Source: Candidatus Marinacidobacterales bacterium
GTDB lineage: Bacteria; Acidobacteriota; Vicinamibacteria; Marinacidobacterales; SMYC01
Direction of reading: 5' to 3'
Length of the DNA: 64,000 bases
NCBI GenBank assembly: GCA_965237955.1
Contig: OZ250169.1
Span: forward strand, 5,248,001 to 5,312,000
Below the pieces are notes generated by a model, which was not told where the DNA came from, ran no database searches, and worked only from the letters and a program-made list of their open reading frames with translations. Below, in pieces: positions 48,598-59,994 of this stretch. Both the position numbers and the translations under genes were made by a program. Position 1 is the first letter of the stretch. Each line of letters starts with the position of its first letter.

Positions 48598-51500
48598 CTA
48601 TGCCTGTAGCGCCAGCTTTTGGCGCACGGCCTTCCTGAACCGTTCCACGTTCTCGAGCTTCACGTCTTTGTAGCCGCGGATCGCATCCGGGAGCTCCGCG
48701 AGCTCCCGAGCAGTGTCGTAGCGCTCGGGCGTGAGGGAGATGAGCTCCTTCTCGATGATGGATCGATACTCGTCGATGAGCTCGCGCTCGATGCGACGCA
48801 CCTTCGCATAACCAAAGACGTCGAATGGGGTGCCGCGCAAAAACTTGAGCTTGGCGAGCGCGCGCAGTACCGGCCGAAACCAAGCTCCGAACGCCACTTT
48901 CTTTTTCATTCCCAGAGCGCGGAGGAGCGGTGGGTGCAGCAGGAGCTCCCAGCGCGCGCCTGGGCCAAACTCTCGCGCCAAAGCTTCGGTGAGCTCTGAC
49001 TTGGTGTGAAGGCGTGCGACCTCATACTCGTCTTTATAGGCCATGAGCTTGAAGAGCCCCCGCGCGACGGCTTCACTCAAGCGCGTGCCGTTTCCGACCC
49101 GCTCTCGCTCGACCTCGACCACTCGTCGTACGAAATCGACGTATCGGCGAGCGAGATCGACGTTCTGGTACTCGATGAGCTCGGAAGCACGGAAGTGTGT
49201 GAGACGCTGGAGCTCTCCGTTCGCGCCGATGCTTTGTACGAGCTCCCACGCTGGTCCGTTTCGACTCGGCTCCCCATCCATCTTGTCCATCGTGCTCGCG
49301 GGCTCGAGCGAGCCCGACGATGAAATCGTACCGAGCCACTCGGGATCCGCGGCCGCGCGTCGGCCGAGTGCAAAGGCCTTACGGTTCACCTCGGCGGCGA
49401 CGCCGTTGAGCTCGATTGCCTTCTCCACGCTCCATTTTTCTAGAGGGAGAAGTCCTTGCCGGTAGGCGGCGCCGAGAATAATCACGTTCGCGGGCATGTG
49501 ATCCCCGAAAAAGTGCTCGGCGAGTGCAACCGCATCGAGGTAGACGTTGTCCTGGAAACGCGTGTGCGCGTCGATGCGCTTCGCGAGCGTATCGAGCTCG
49601 GGAAAAGCCTCGTCGATGTGGGTGACCATGCGGCCCGTGGGGATGCGACTCGTCGAAATCACGGCGACGGTTTTGTCGGGGCGCGCGTGGGCGAGATGCT
49701 CGGGCGAGGCTGACGACAGAACATCGAAGCCGAGAAAGACGTCGGCTTCGCCGGCAGCGACGCGATTCGACACGTTCCTCGCGTGGTCGACAATCTTTAG
49801 ATGCGATACGACCGGCCCGCCTTTCTGGCTCAGGCCGGTCTGGTCCACGCCGACGACGTCTTTGCCTTCCAGAACGGCAGCGGTCGCGAGGAGTTGATTC
49901 GCGGTGACGACGCCCGTGCCCCCGATCCCCACCATGTAGATGTTAGCTTGCTTGGTTTTTAGCTCGGGCCGGGGTAGCTGGACGTCTTCGAGCGCGGGCA
50001 TGGAACGGCTCGGCGGTCCTTCGCCGGGGATGACGCGAACGAACGACGGACAGTCGCCGTCGATGCACGAGTAGTCTTTGTTGCACGACGCTTGGTGCAC
50101 GCGGGTCTTCCGGCCGAGCTCGGTCTCGACGGGAAAGAGGCTCAAGCAGTTCGACTTGACGCCGCAATCACCGCAACCTTCGCACACCGCTTCGTTGATG
50201 AAAATGCGCTCCGGCGGCTCCGGCGCTTGCCCGCGACGGCGCTTTCTCCTGAGATCCGCAGCGCAGTGCTGGTCGTACACGAGAACCGTCGTCCCGGTTG
50301 TGTCGCGCAGGAGCTTCTGGGCTTCCTCGAGCCGGTCACGATGCCACGCGTCGACGCCTGCGAGCTTCGACGGCTCGTCGCTCAAAACGAGCGTTTTCTT
50401 CACGCCTTCGGCTTCGAGCGTGCGGACCAATTCCGGAATCGGCATCGCGCCGTCGATTTCTTGCGCTCCGGTCATCGCGACCGCGCCGTTGTAGAGAATC
50501 TTGAAGGTGATGTTCGCGCCCGAGGCGACCGCCTGGCGAATCGCCAGAGTTCCCGAATGAAAGAGCGTGCCGTCGCCCAGGTTTTGGAACAAGTGGGGCA
50601 CGTCGGTGAACGGTGCCATCCCGACCCACTGGATCCCTTCGCCGCCCATGTGGGTGATCCCGACCGTGGATCGATCCATCATCATCGCCATTGCGTGACA
50701 GCCGATCCCGGCACCGGCGATGGAGCCCTCTGGAACTGTCGTCGAGCGGTTGTGAGGGCAGCCCGAGCAGAAGTGAAACAGTCGTTGGGTCTCGAGCGGA
50801 AGCTCGGATTGTTCGCGGACATAACCGAGCACGCCCAGTCTCGGTGCCAGTCGCTCGGCGGAAACGTGTGGCGGGAGACGTTGCGCGAGAACGTCGGTGA
50901 CCGAGTCGGCGTCGAGCTCGCCGGGTGCGGCGACGAGCGGTCGCCCCTCCTCGTCGTGCTTGCCGAGGATCCGCGGCCGCACGCTCACGTTGTAGAGCGT
51001 TTCTTTCAGGAAGAGCTCGAGAAACGACCTCTTTTCCTCGATCACGAGGATCTCGTCGAGCCCGTGAGCGAACTCCTTCACCGTTTCGGGGTCGAGAGGA
51101 AACGGCATACCGACTTTGAGGAGTCGAATGCCGTGCTCGCGTAGAGCGTCGTCGTCGAGACCGAGATTCGCGAGCGCTTCGCGCACGTCGAAATAAGTTT
51201 TCCCCGGCGCGGCGATGCCGAGACGGTCTTGGGGCGTGGCGACGACGGTTCGGTTCAGCCCGTGGGCGCGGGCAAACGCTTTGGCCGCTTCGAGCCGTCC
51301 GAGATAGATCTCCCGCTCCAAGCCCAAGCTTACGGGTGCGGCCAGGAAAACGCTCTGTGTGGCTCTCCAGGGTTTGCCGCCGACCTCGAAATGAGGATCG
51401 ACGATCTGAATTCGATCCGGACCCACCTCCGCCGTACCGAAGCCGTCGGCGACGGCGGTGGCCATCTTGAAACCGACCCAAAGCCCGCTGTAGCGAGAAA

Positions 51501-52055
51501 GCTCGACCCGAGCCGTCCGAGATCCAAAACTTCTTGGACGTTGCCCGGACACACGACGGGCATGAGCGCATCGTAGAAGGCTGCTTCGGACTGCGAGGGA
51601 AGCGTCGACGATTTCGCAGTGGCGTCGTCTCCGGCGATCGCGAGAACACCTCCGGTACGGGCGACACCGGCGAAGTTGGCGTGCTTGAAAACGTCTCCGC
51701 AGCGATCGACGCCGGGCGCTTTTCCGTACCACAGGCCTATTACACCGTCGTACTTCGCCCGGGGGAACAGCCCGGTGAGCTGGCTGCCAAAGACGGCGGT
51801 GGCGCCCAAGTCTTCGTTGACCCCTGGCAGAAAGCGAATCTCGTGCTCTTTCAGGAATCGGCTGTTGCGCTGGAGCTCGAGGTCGAGCCCGCCGAGAGGC
51901 GAACTTCGATAACCCGATATCAATGTCGCGGTGCGAAGGCCGGCTTTCCGGTCGGCGCGGTGTTGGTCCATCGGGAGACGCACCAACGCTTGCACACCGG
52001 ACAGCAGGATGGTGCCGTCTTCCGTTGTGTATTTCGAGTCTAGGGAGAACTCCAC
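48598..52055 (-). CDS. Fused indolepyruvate ferredoxin oxidoreductase family protein (one frameshift at about 51505)
   Basis: SGVQALVRLP, WYGKAPGVDR, FCSGCPHN, GDGT, CEGCGDC, GIGGTGV, MAYKDEYEVARL. Confidence 0.88.
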
Positions 52056-52056
52056 A

Positions 52057-52732
52057 TCAACTCGCCTGCGGAGCCTCCTCCCGCGCCTTCGCCTTCATGA
52101 CCAACGCAGCGACACCTCCCGAAAGGCTGCCGATGACCAACGTGAACATGATCCAAAAGCTGTACTTGCGGCACCGCGCCAATGAAGAACCACTTCGCGA
52201 GGGGGCTCATCTCCGGAAGGCCGCCTGGTGGTGGGACGTCGTAGTGCGTGCCCCAGTCCCCGAAAATGGCGACGAGCATCACGATGGCGACAGGAATGCG
52301 CACCGCAAAGGCGTAGGCCAGGAGTGTTTTGAACAGCTCCGGCCAGGCGATGCGCTGGAGCGCGATCCCGACCCCTGCACCTATTAACGTCATCAGAATG
52401 GCGGCGGGATCGGTCGGCCCTCGATTGATGAAAGGAACCATGACAGCCATTCCTGCGATGGCGCCGATCACCGCGAACGCGACCACTTTGAGGTTGCCGT
52501 GCGGGGTGTATCCGTCGCGGATGAGCCTCATCGCGAAGTACACGCCAAAGACGGGCACGAGCCACGAAATTCCGATGAGGGAGCCGCCCCCACCTGCCTC
52601 GCGGCTGAAGAGCGAAGGCGACCAGTTGTTGAGCTCGCCCACGAGCCTCAGGATGGTGACGGCAAAGCTGATAATCGCCGGTACGAGGATGAGCTGCTTG
52701 ATGTTAGGGCCCGAATTGGGCGCGGTTGCCAT
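52057..52732 (-). CDS. Hypothetical multi-pass membrane protein (frameshift at about 52165)
   Basis: Hydrophobic helices and WGTHYD motif; the last helix FWIMFTLVIG is in another frame. Confidence 0.6.
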
Positions 52733-52804
52733 GCTACATCTCCTATGAAAGCTGCCGGAGCGGAATTCTATCGTTGGGAGCTGCGGATAGCTATACTCAA
52801 CCGT

Positions 52805-53808
52805 ATGGCCCTTACGGCGGGATCCCGGCTCGGTAATTACGAAGTGCTCGCCCCCATTGGCGTCGGCGGGATCGAGGAAGTCTACCGCGCCCGCGATACG
52901 AAGCTCGGCTCCTAGCCAAACTAAATCACCCCAACATCGCGACGCTCTACGGGCTCGAAGAATCTGACGGGGCACATTGTCTATTCCCGCGAGAGGGTCA
53001 TCTGGGTCGCGCGATTCGACGTCGAGAGCCTCGAGGTCCGGGGAGAGTCGGTTCGAATTCTAGAAGATGTCTCCACTCCGTTTGACTTGTCGACGCAGCT
53101 TACGTTCTCCAACGACGGAACGCTGGCGTATGTCTCGGAGCAACTCAAAGAAGAGGCGATCTGGACGAGTCCCGTGTGGGTCGGACGCGACGGAAGCATG
53201 GAGCTCGTGGCGGAGCTCTTCGATAAGCGGTACCAAGATCCGCGTCTTTCGCCCGACGGGCGGCAACTCCTCCTTTCGTCGTATTCGGCCACCGAGACGT
53301 TGTTGGTTTGGATGCTCGAGCTTCAAAAGAGCGTTCTGGGCGCCCTCGGGTGACGAGGTGGTGTTCGGATCTAGGCGAAATGGCCAGATGAACATCTATC
53401 TCGAGCCCGTGGACGGAGCGCGGTCGGCGGAGGCGCTGAGCTCCGGAGCACACCGTGCGCCCACGTCGATCTCCCCGGATGGAAAAACGATTTTGTTCCG
53501 GACATTCTCCACACAAGGCGACCACGATATTGGCGCGCTCATGCTGGAACGCGATGACGGGCGGGAATTGATTCTTCATACCAAGTTCGATGAGCACAGA
53601 GCGATGTTCTCCCCGAACGGACGGTGGATTGCTTACGTTTCCAACGAATCTGGTAGGGACGAGGTTTACGTCCGAAGTTTCCCCGAGCTTCAGAACCACA
53701 CGCCTGTCTCCACGCATGATGTTGCAGACGCGCGCAGGAACGGACGCGCCGCAGGAGATCGCCGTCGTCCTCAGTTGGTTCGAGGAATTGAAACGGCTGG
53801 TTCCATGA
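52805..53808 (+). pseudogene. Collapsed Ser/Thr kinase-PD40 gene
   Basis: MALTAGSRLGNYEVLAPIGVGG.EVYRARD and LNHPNIATLYG, then a jump to PD40 repeats (SPDG, FSPNGRWIAYVSNESG) and the tail VVLSWFEELKR; most of the kinase domain is deleted. Confidence 0.8.
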
Positions 53809-53896
53809 GCGGGCGCGACTCGACTCCGTCTAGACGGAGGACGTGATAAAAAATTAAGCTTGACTAGCGGTACAGCTATGTTATAGAGTGACCAGC

Positions 53897-54100
53897 ATGG
53901 GATACGTGACAAAGCTGCAGGTGATCAAGCGAGCCAACGACACCCGTCAGTTCTATGTGATTTGCCCGTCACCTTTAGCCCAGGCGCTAGAGATGGAGCC
54001 GGGCGAGGAGCTGGAGTGGGTGGTGGAGGATCGAAACACACTGATTGTGCGTCGGACGCCTAAGGCAAAGCGTGGGAGGAAGCGGGGTAAACGTGGGTGA
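53897..54100 (+). CDS. AbrB/SpoVT-like passenger protein
   Basis: Same 67 aa protein as copies B and C; preceded by TTGACT-18 bp-TAGAGT. Confidence 0.65.
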   Translation: MGYVTKLQVIKRANDTRQFYVICPSPLAQALEMEPGEELEWVVEDRNTLIVRRTPKAKRGRKRGKRG

Positions 54101-55658
54101 TAAGCAAACGTCACTTCCAGGCTTTCCGAGTCCGCGAAAACGCAGCGATGGTGATGACGGCGATGAGGGAGCGCGCGTGACACAAGCTCGGTTGAAGGTG
54201 GTCGATAGGGCGCAGCTGCTGCTGCGGACGGTCGACGTGGAGCGTTTGATCCCAGAGGATCACCCAGCGCGTGCGATCTGGGAGTTCGTGGGTCGGCTGG
54301 ATCTCAGCGGGTACACGGATCAAGTCCGCTCGGTCGCGGGTGGCGCAGGCCGGCCTGCGTTTGATCCTCAGCTACTGGTGAGCCTGTGGGTCTACAGCTA
54401 CAGCCAAGCCGTGAGTTCGGCCCGCGCGGTTGAGCGGCTGTGCGAACATCATCCGGCGTATCAATGGCTCAGCGGAATGCAGAGCATCAGTGCGCACACG
54501 CTGTCGGACTTTCGGATGATTCATAGGGAGATCCTGGACGAGTTGTTTGTGCAAGCTCTGGGAGTTCTGAGTTCGGACGGATTGATCACGCTCGAGCGAG
54601 TCATGCTGGATGGGACGAAGGTGCGCGCGAACGCTTCGTCGAGTGGATTTCGCCGCAAGCCGACGGTCGAAGAGTGCCTGGAGCAGGCGCGTGAGGCGGT
54701 AGAGACTCTCAACGCCCAGACGGAGGAGGAATCGAGCCGGCAGATGCAGGCAGCGCAGCAACGCGCCAGGCGAGAGAGACAGGATCGTCTAGAATCAGCG
54801 TTGAAGGAGTATGACAAGCTGAAAGCCGCGAAAAGCCGCATAGACTGCGTGAGCACGACCGATCCCGACGCGCGGGTGATGAAGCAAGCCGAGGGCGGCT
54901 CCGCACCTAACTACAACGTCCAAGTCTCAACGGATGCCGCACACGGCCTGATTGTCGACATCGATGCCACGCAGGCCGGTAGCGATTATCAGCAGCTGAC
55001 GCCGGCCATAGAACGGATTGAGCAGAGCATGCAGCGTGCGCCCGAGCAGATGGTCGTAGATGGAGGCTACATTAAGTAGCAACAACATCGCGGAGATGGC
55101 GAAGCGCGGCATCGATCTCGTCGGCCCCGACCACGAGAACAAGGCAGCAGAGGCCAATCGGCGCAAGTCGTATAAGCACCACGGCGTGAAAGCGGAATAC
55201 GAGGCGTCGAAGTTTGTCTTCGATACGCAGACCAACACGTATGTGTGCCCGCAGGGCAAGCACTTACGCTACACGCCAAGCAGGAAAGCCATGGCACGAT
55301 GCGCTATCGATATAAGGCGTCTAAGCAAGACTGCCAGACGTGTCCGGCCAAAGAGCAGTGTTGTCCTCGTACGCAGCACGGCCGCTCGATCGAGCGGCGC
55401 GAACTCTTGCCCGACATAGCCGCGTTCCGGAAGAAGATGCAGACCGACGAAGCCAAGGCCATCTATAAGACACGCTCGCAGGTGGCCGAGTTTCCGAATC
55501 TCTGGATCAAAACCAAGTTCGGCCTGCGGCAGTTTAGCGTGCGCGGAGTCGCCAAAGTGCGCACTGAATCTCTGTGGGTCGCCCTCACCTACGATATCTT
55601 GCAGTGGGTTCGCCTCCGCTGGAGGCCGAAGATGGTATCGACACTCGTGCCGACGTGA
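54093..55658 (+). pseudogene. IS1182 family transposase (two compensating indels)
   Basis: DUF772-type LIPEDHPAR/GRPAFDP, LDGTKVRANAS, TDPDAR, YNVQ, VDGGY, CxxCP; +1 at about 55075 and -1 at about 55272 relative to copy B. Confidence 0.9.
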
Positions 55659-56049
55659 GCGCGTTGAGCACACGCAGCCCGACTTGTTAAAGCGCTAGCA
55701 ATACGCACCAACGAAACGCCGATACGATATCGGGTGAATCCGTACCGCGCGGACCCGACCCCCTAGTTGACAGAAGTGTGGACCAACCATCCCCATCTCC
55801 CTTGGGAAACGCGATTTTTTCTCACGTCCGGAGTTCAGCTTCGGGAAAAAAAGATCATTTTTTGCTTGACAGCGTTTTTGAAGCAACTTACTAAAAACTG
55901 CAGACCAAATCTGTAGTGCGTCTCCAAGCGCGATAGAGAAACGAGACGCGGGTTATTTTTATCTGGGAGACTTCGAAAGTCTCTCGACCTGTTTGCGCTC
56001 GACACACGCGAGCTCAGAGCGTCGAAAAAGTCCATGCTATAAGAAGCAC

Positions 56050-56533
56050 ATGAAGAAAACAGAGGAATTGAAATCGCTGTCGGATGACGAGTTACTCTGT
56101 CGACTGTCGGATGTTTTGAAACAGTCACGACGGGTCGAATCCGAGCTCGTTGCACACATCGCTGAAGTCGATGCGCGGAAGTTGTTTGCGCGAGAGGCGT
56201 CACCGTCGATGTTTCAATATTGCGTCGACGCGCTGCACTTATCGAAGGCGGAATCTTTTCTGCGGATCGCCGCGGCGCGTGCGTCCCGCAAACATCTCTT
56301 GCTCTTGACGATGCTCGAGGATGGACGTCTTCACCTGAGCGGCATCTCCGTGCTGGCGCCGCATCTAACGGACGAGAATTGCGATGAGCTCCTGGGTCGG
56401 GCAACCCAGAAGACCAAGGACGCGATCAAGGAACTGGTAGCCGAGATTGCGCCAAAGCCGGATGTTCCGCCGGCGGTTCGCAAGCTGCCGAAACGGAAAG
56501 CGAAGTCGACGTCTCCACCGAAGACCGAACTCC
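56050..56533 (+). pseudogene. DUF222-like HNH endonuclease, 5' half
   Basis: LSDDELL.RL...ELVAHIAEVDARKL...SMFQYC...LHLS...RIAAAR; interrupted by IS copy B. Confidence 0.8.
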
Positions 56534-56705
56534 GGACGTGAGAAAAAATCGCGTTTCCCAAGGGAGATGGGGATGGTTGGTCCACACTTCTGTCAACTAG
56601 GGGGTCGGGTCCGCGCGGTACGGATTCACCCGATATCGTATCGGCGTTTCGTTGGTGCTCTATGACTAGCGCTTTAACAAGTCGGGCTGCGTGTGCTCAA
56701 CGCGC

Positions 56706-58261
56706 TCACGTCGGCACGAGTGTCGATACCATCTTCGGCCTCCAGCGGAGGCGAATCCACTGCAAGATATCGTAGGTGAGGGCGACCCACAGAGATTCAG
56801 TGCGCACTTTGGCGACTCCGCGCACGCTAAACTGCCGCAGGCCGAACTTGGTTTTGATCCAGAGATTCGGAAACTCGGCCACCTGCGAGCGTGTCTTATA
56901 GATGGCCTTGGCTTCGTCGGTCTGCATCTTCTTCCGGAACGCGGCTATGTCGGGCAAGAGTTCGCGCCGCTCGATCGAGCGGCCGTGCTGCGTACGAGGA
57001 CAACACTGCTCTTTGGCCGGACACGTCTGGCAGTCTTGCTTAGACGCCTTATATCGATAGCGCATCGTGCCATGGCTTTCCTGCTTGGCGTCGTAGCGTA
57101 AGTGCTTGCCCTGCGGGCACACATACGTGTTGGTCTGCGTATCGAAGACAAACTTCGACGCCTCGTATTCCGCTTTCACGCCGTGGTGCTTATACGACTT
57201 GCGCCGATTGGCCTCTGCTGCCTTGTTCTCGTGGTCGGGGCCGACGAGATCGATGCCGCGCTTCGCCATCTCCGCGATGTTGTTGCTACTAATGTAGCCT
57301 CCATCTACGACCATCTGCTCGGGCGCACGCTGCATGCTCTGCTCAATCCGTTCTATGGCCGGCGTCAGCTGCTGATAATCGCTACCGGCCTGCGTGGCAT
57401 CGATGTCGACAATCAGGCCGTGTGCGGCATCCGTTGAGACTTGGACGTTGTAGTTAGGTGCGGAGCCGCCCTCGGCTTGCTTCATCACCCGCGCGTCGGG
57501 ATCGGTCGTGCTCACGCGGTCTATGCGGCTTTCAGCTTGTCATACTCCTTCAACGCTGATTCTAGACGATCCTGTCTCTCTCGCCTGGCGCGTTGCTGCG
57601 CTGCCTGCATCTGCCGGCTCGATTCCTCCTCCGTCTGGGCGTTGAGAGTCTCTACCGCCTCACGCGCCTGCTCCAGGCACTCTTCGACCGTCGGCTTGCG
57701 GCGAAATCCACTCGACGAAGCGTTCGCGCGCACCTTCGTCCCATCCAGCATGACTCGCTCGAGCGTGATCAATCCGTCCGAACTCAGAACTCCCAGAGCT
57801 TGCACAAACAACTCGTCCAGGATCTCCCTATGAATCATCCGAAAGTCCGACAGCGTGTGCGCACTGATGCTCTGCATTCCGCTGAGCCATTGATACGCCG
57901 GATGATGTTCGCACAGCCGCTCAACCGCGCGGGCCGAACTCACGGCTTGGCTGTAGCTGTAGACCCACAGGCTCACCAGTAGCTGAGGATCAAACGCAGG
58001 CCGGCCTGCGCCACCCGCGACCGAGCGGACTTGATCCGTGTACCCGCTGAGATCCAGCCGACCCACGAACTCCCAGATCGCACGCGCTGGGTGATCCTCT
58101 GGGATCAAACGCTCCACGTCGACCGTCCGCAGCAGCAGCTGCGCCCTATCGACCACCTTCAACCGAGCTTGTGTCACGCGCGCTCCCTCATCGCCGTCAT
58201 CACCATCGCTGCGTTTTCGCGGACTCGGAAAGCCTGGAAGTGACGTTTGCTTATCACCCAC
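56706..58261 (-). pseudogene. IS1182 family transposase (10-bp deletion at about 57525)
   Basis: One unit of the GAAAGCCGC/GAAAAGCCGC direct repeat present in copy A is missing. Confidence 0.9.
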
Positions 58262-58457
58262 GTTTACCCCGCTTCCTCCCACGCTTTGCCTTAGGCGTCC
58301 GACGCACAATCAGTGTGTTTCGATCCTCCACCACCCACTCCAGCTCCTCGCCCGGCTCCATCTCTAGCGCCTGGGCTAAAGGTGACGGGCAAATCACATA
58401 GAACTGACGGGTGTCGTTGGCTCGCTTGATCACCTGCAGCTTTGTCACGTATCCCAT
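58254..58457 (-). CDS. AbrB/SpoVT-like passenger protein
   Basis: Identical to the copy A ORF. Confidence 0.65.
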   Translation of the reverse strand: MGYVTKLQVIKRANDTRQFYVICPSPLAQALEMEPGEELEWVVEDRNTLIVRRTPKAKRGRKRGKRG

Positions 58458-58515
58458 GCTGGTCACTCTATAACATAGCTGTACCGCTAGTCAAGCTTAA
58501 TTTTTTCTCACGTCC

Positions 58516-59081
58516 TCCGTCCAGACGGAGCCCCGTCGCCAACTCCGGCTCCAGCACCACCTAAAAAACTACCGGTCGTCGAGCCCTTGGCGCCTTCTCG
58601 TTACAAGATTCAGTTTACCGCGAGCAGCGAGCTCGGCGACAAACTCAAGCGACTCGAGGCGCTCATGCCTGGGAGCGACCTCGCTTCCGTTGTGGAAGCG
58701 GCCGTCACCGAGAAGCTCGAACGGCTCGAAGCCAAGCGTTTCGGTAAGACGAAAAACCCAAGAAAAACGCTCGAGGAAGCGGACACGTCGCCCGGTGTGC
58801 GCGGTATAGCGGCCTCGGTGAGGCGCTTCGTGTGGGCGCGTGATGGCGGTCGATGCACGTTTGAGACGGCGGACGGCAGACGCTGCCCGGCACGCGGGGG
58901 AGTGGAGTATCACCACGACGACCTATGGCCTTGGCGGCGATCGAAGCGCGGACAATATTCGGTTGATGTGTTCGTGCCACAACGCCTACATGGCGGAGCT
59001 GGACTACGGCAAAGAAAAAATGGACCCGTACCGGCGCTCAGCCGACCGCGTTCGTGAGCCGCAGCCGTCGTTTGACTACGA
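58516..59081 (+). pseudogene. HNH endonuclease, 3' half
   Basis: Rejoins the 5' half in frame (ELRPDGAP); VRRFVWARDGGRCTF...RC...EYHH...GG...NIRLMCSCHN; indel at about 58923. Confidence 0.85.
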
Positions 59082-59239
59082 ACGTGAGAAAAAATCGCGT
59101 TTCCCAAGGGAGATGGGGATGGTTGGTCCACACTGCGAACTCACGGCTTGGCTGTCGCTGTAGACCCACAGGCTCACCCCTGCGCTAAAGGCGACGGGCA
59201 AATCCACATAGAACTGACGGGTTTCGTTGGCTCGCTTGA
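59082..59239 (-). mobile_element. Internally deleted mosaic remnant of the IS1182 element
   Basis: Right end (ACGTGAGAAAAAATCGCG...), about 40 bp of transposase and about 60 bp of the passenger ORF, in colinear order. Confidence 0.8.
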
Positions 59240-59299
59240 TCATCTGCAGCTTTGTCACGGCTTCACCCCAACCGATCCCATGCTATATTCCGTCCTCCC

Positions 59300-59983
59300 A
59301 TGGACTTCCGCTTGAGCGCCGAGCAGGAGCAGATCCGTCGCTCTGTTCGTGAGATCCTCACCAGGTGAGTGTTGGCAAAAACTCGACCGCGAGCTTGGCT
59401 ACCCTCAGGAATTCATCGATGCGCTTACCAAAGGCGGCTGGCTCGCGGCGCTGATCCCCGAAGAATACGGTGGGTTTGGTGTCGGTGTTCTCGAGGCGAG
59501 TCTCATCCTCGAGGAGATCAACCGCTCGCCCGGGAACGGCGGCGTGTGCCACGCGCAAATGTACAATCGGACGAACCGTACTTCCGGTCGACAACAGCTG
59601 GTTTACGCTCCTCACTCAGAACCCGAACCCGATCCACTTCGACCACCACTATGCATCGCAGACGGAGTTCCGAAAACCGCTGGTGGATTCGACGTTTACG
59701 CTCGCGCTCGTCACCGGGCAATCGGTAACCGACGTTTCGCAAAACGTGATGGCAAATCTCGGCTGGGATGAAGTACGCTTGCCGAACCCGGCGTTCGAGG
59801 CCGACACGATCTACTCGCGGAGCGAAGTGCTCGAAACGCGTGAATCGAAATCGCGCCCGAATGTGCATCGTGACGGTAAAGACGACAGGATTCAATCAAA
59901 AGGGGACGACCGTGATCGAGTTCAAACGCACGGTCATGGTCTATAAACGCGCCCACGTTCCCAAAAGGCCGCAAGCACAATAG
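59300..59983 (+). pseudogene. Deletion fusion: acyl-CoA dehydrogenase N-terminus joined to a MaoC-family dehydratase
   Basis: MDFRLSAEQEQIR...GWLAALIPEEYGG...CHAQMY then GRTVLPVDNSWFTLLTQNPNPIHFD...NLGWDEVRL; additional indels. Confidence 0.78.
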
Positions 59984-59994
59984 GAGGTGCTGCA

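Larger units (their letters stand above)
53839..55829 (+). mobile_element. IS1182-family element, copy A (1991 bp)
   Basis: TIR GGACGTGA(T/G)AAAAAA / TTTTTTCTCACGTCC; GGA duplicated on both flanks; carries a small ORF plus transposase. Confidence 0.92.
56534..58515 (-). mobile_element. IS1182-family element, copy B (1982 bp)
   Basis: Perfect 15-bp TIRs; TCC duplicated on both flanks; near-identical to copy A. Confidence 0.93.

Noticed and set aside
51480-51530. Split of the indolepyruvate oxidoreductase into two subunits
   Set aside because: The break falls inside a conserved segment and is explained by one missing base
55060-55290. Programmed frameshifting in the IS1182 transposase
   Set aside because: Breaks are at different positions in copies A and B, and each is intact in the other copy
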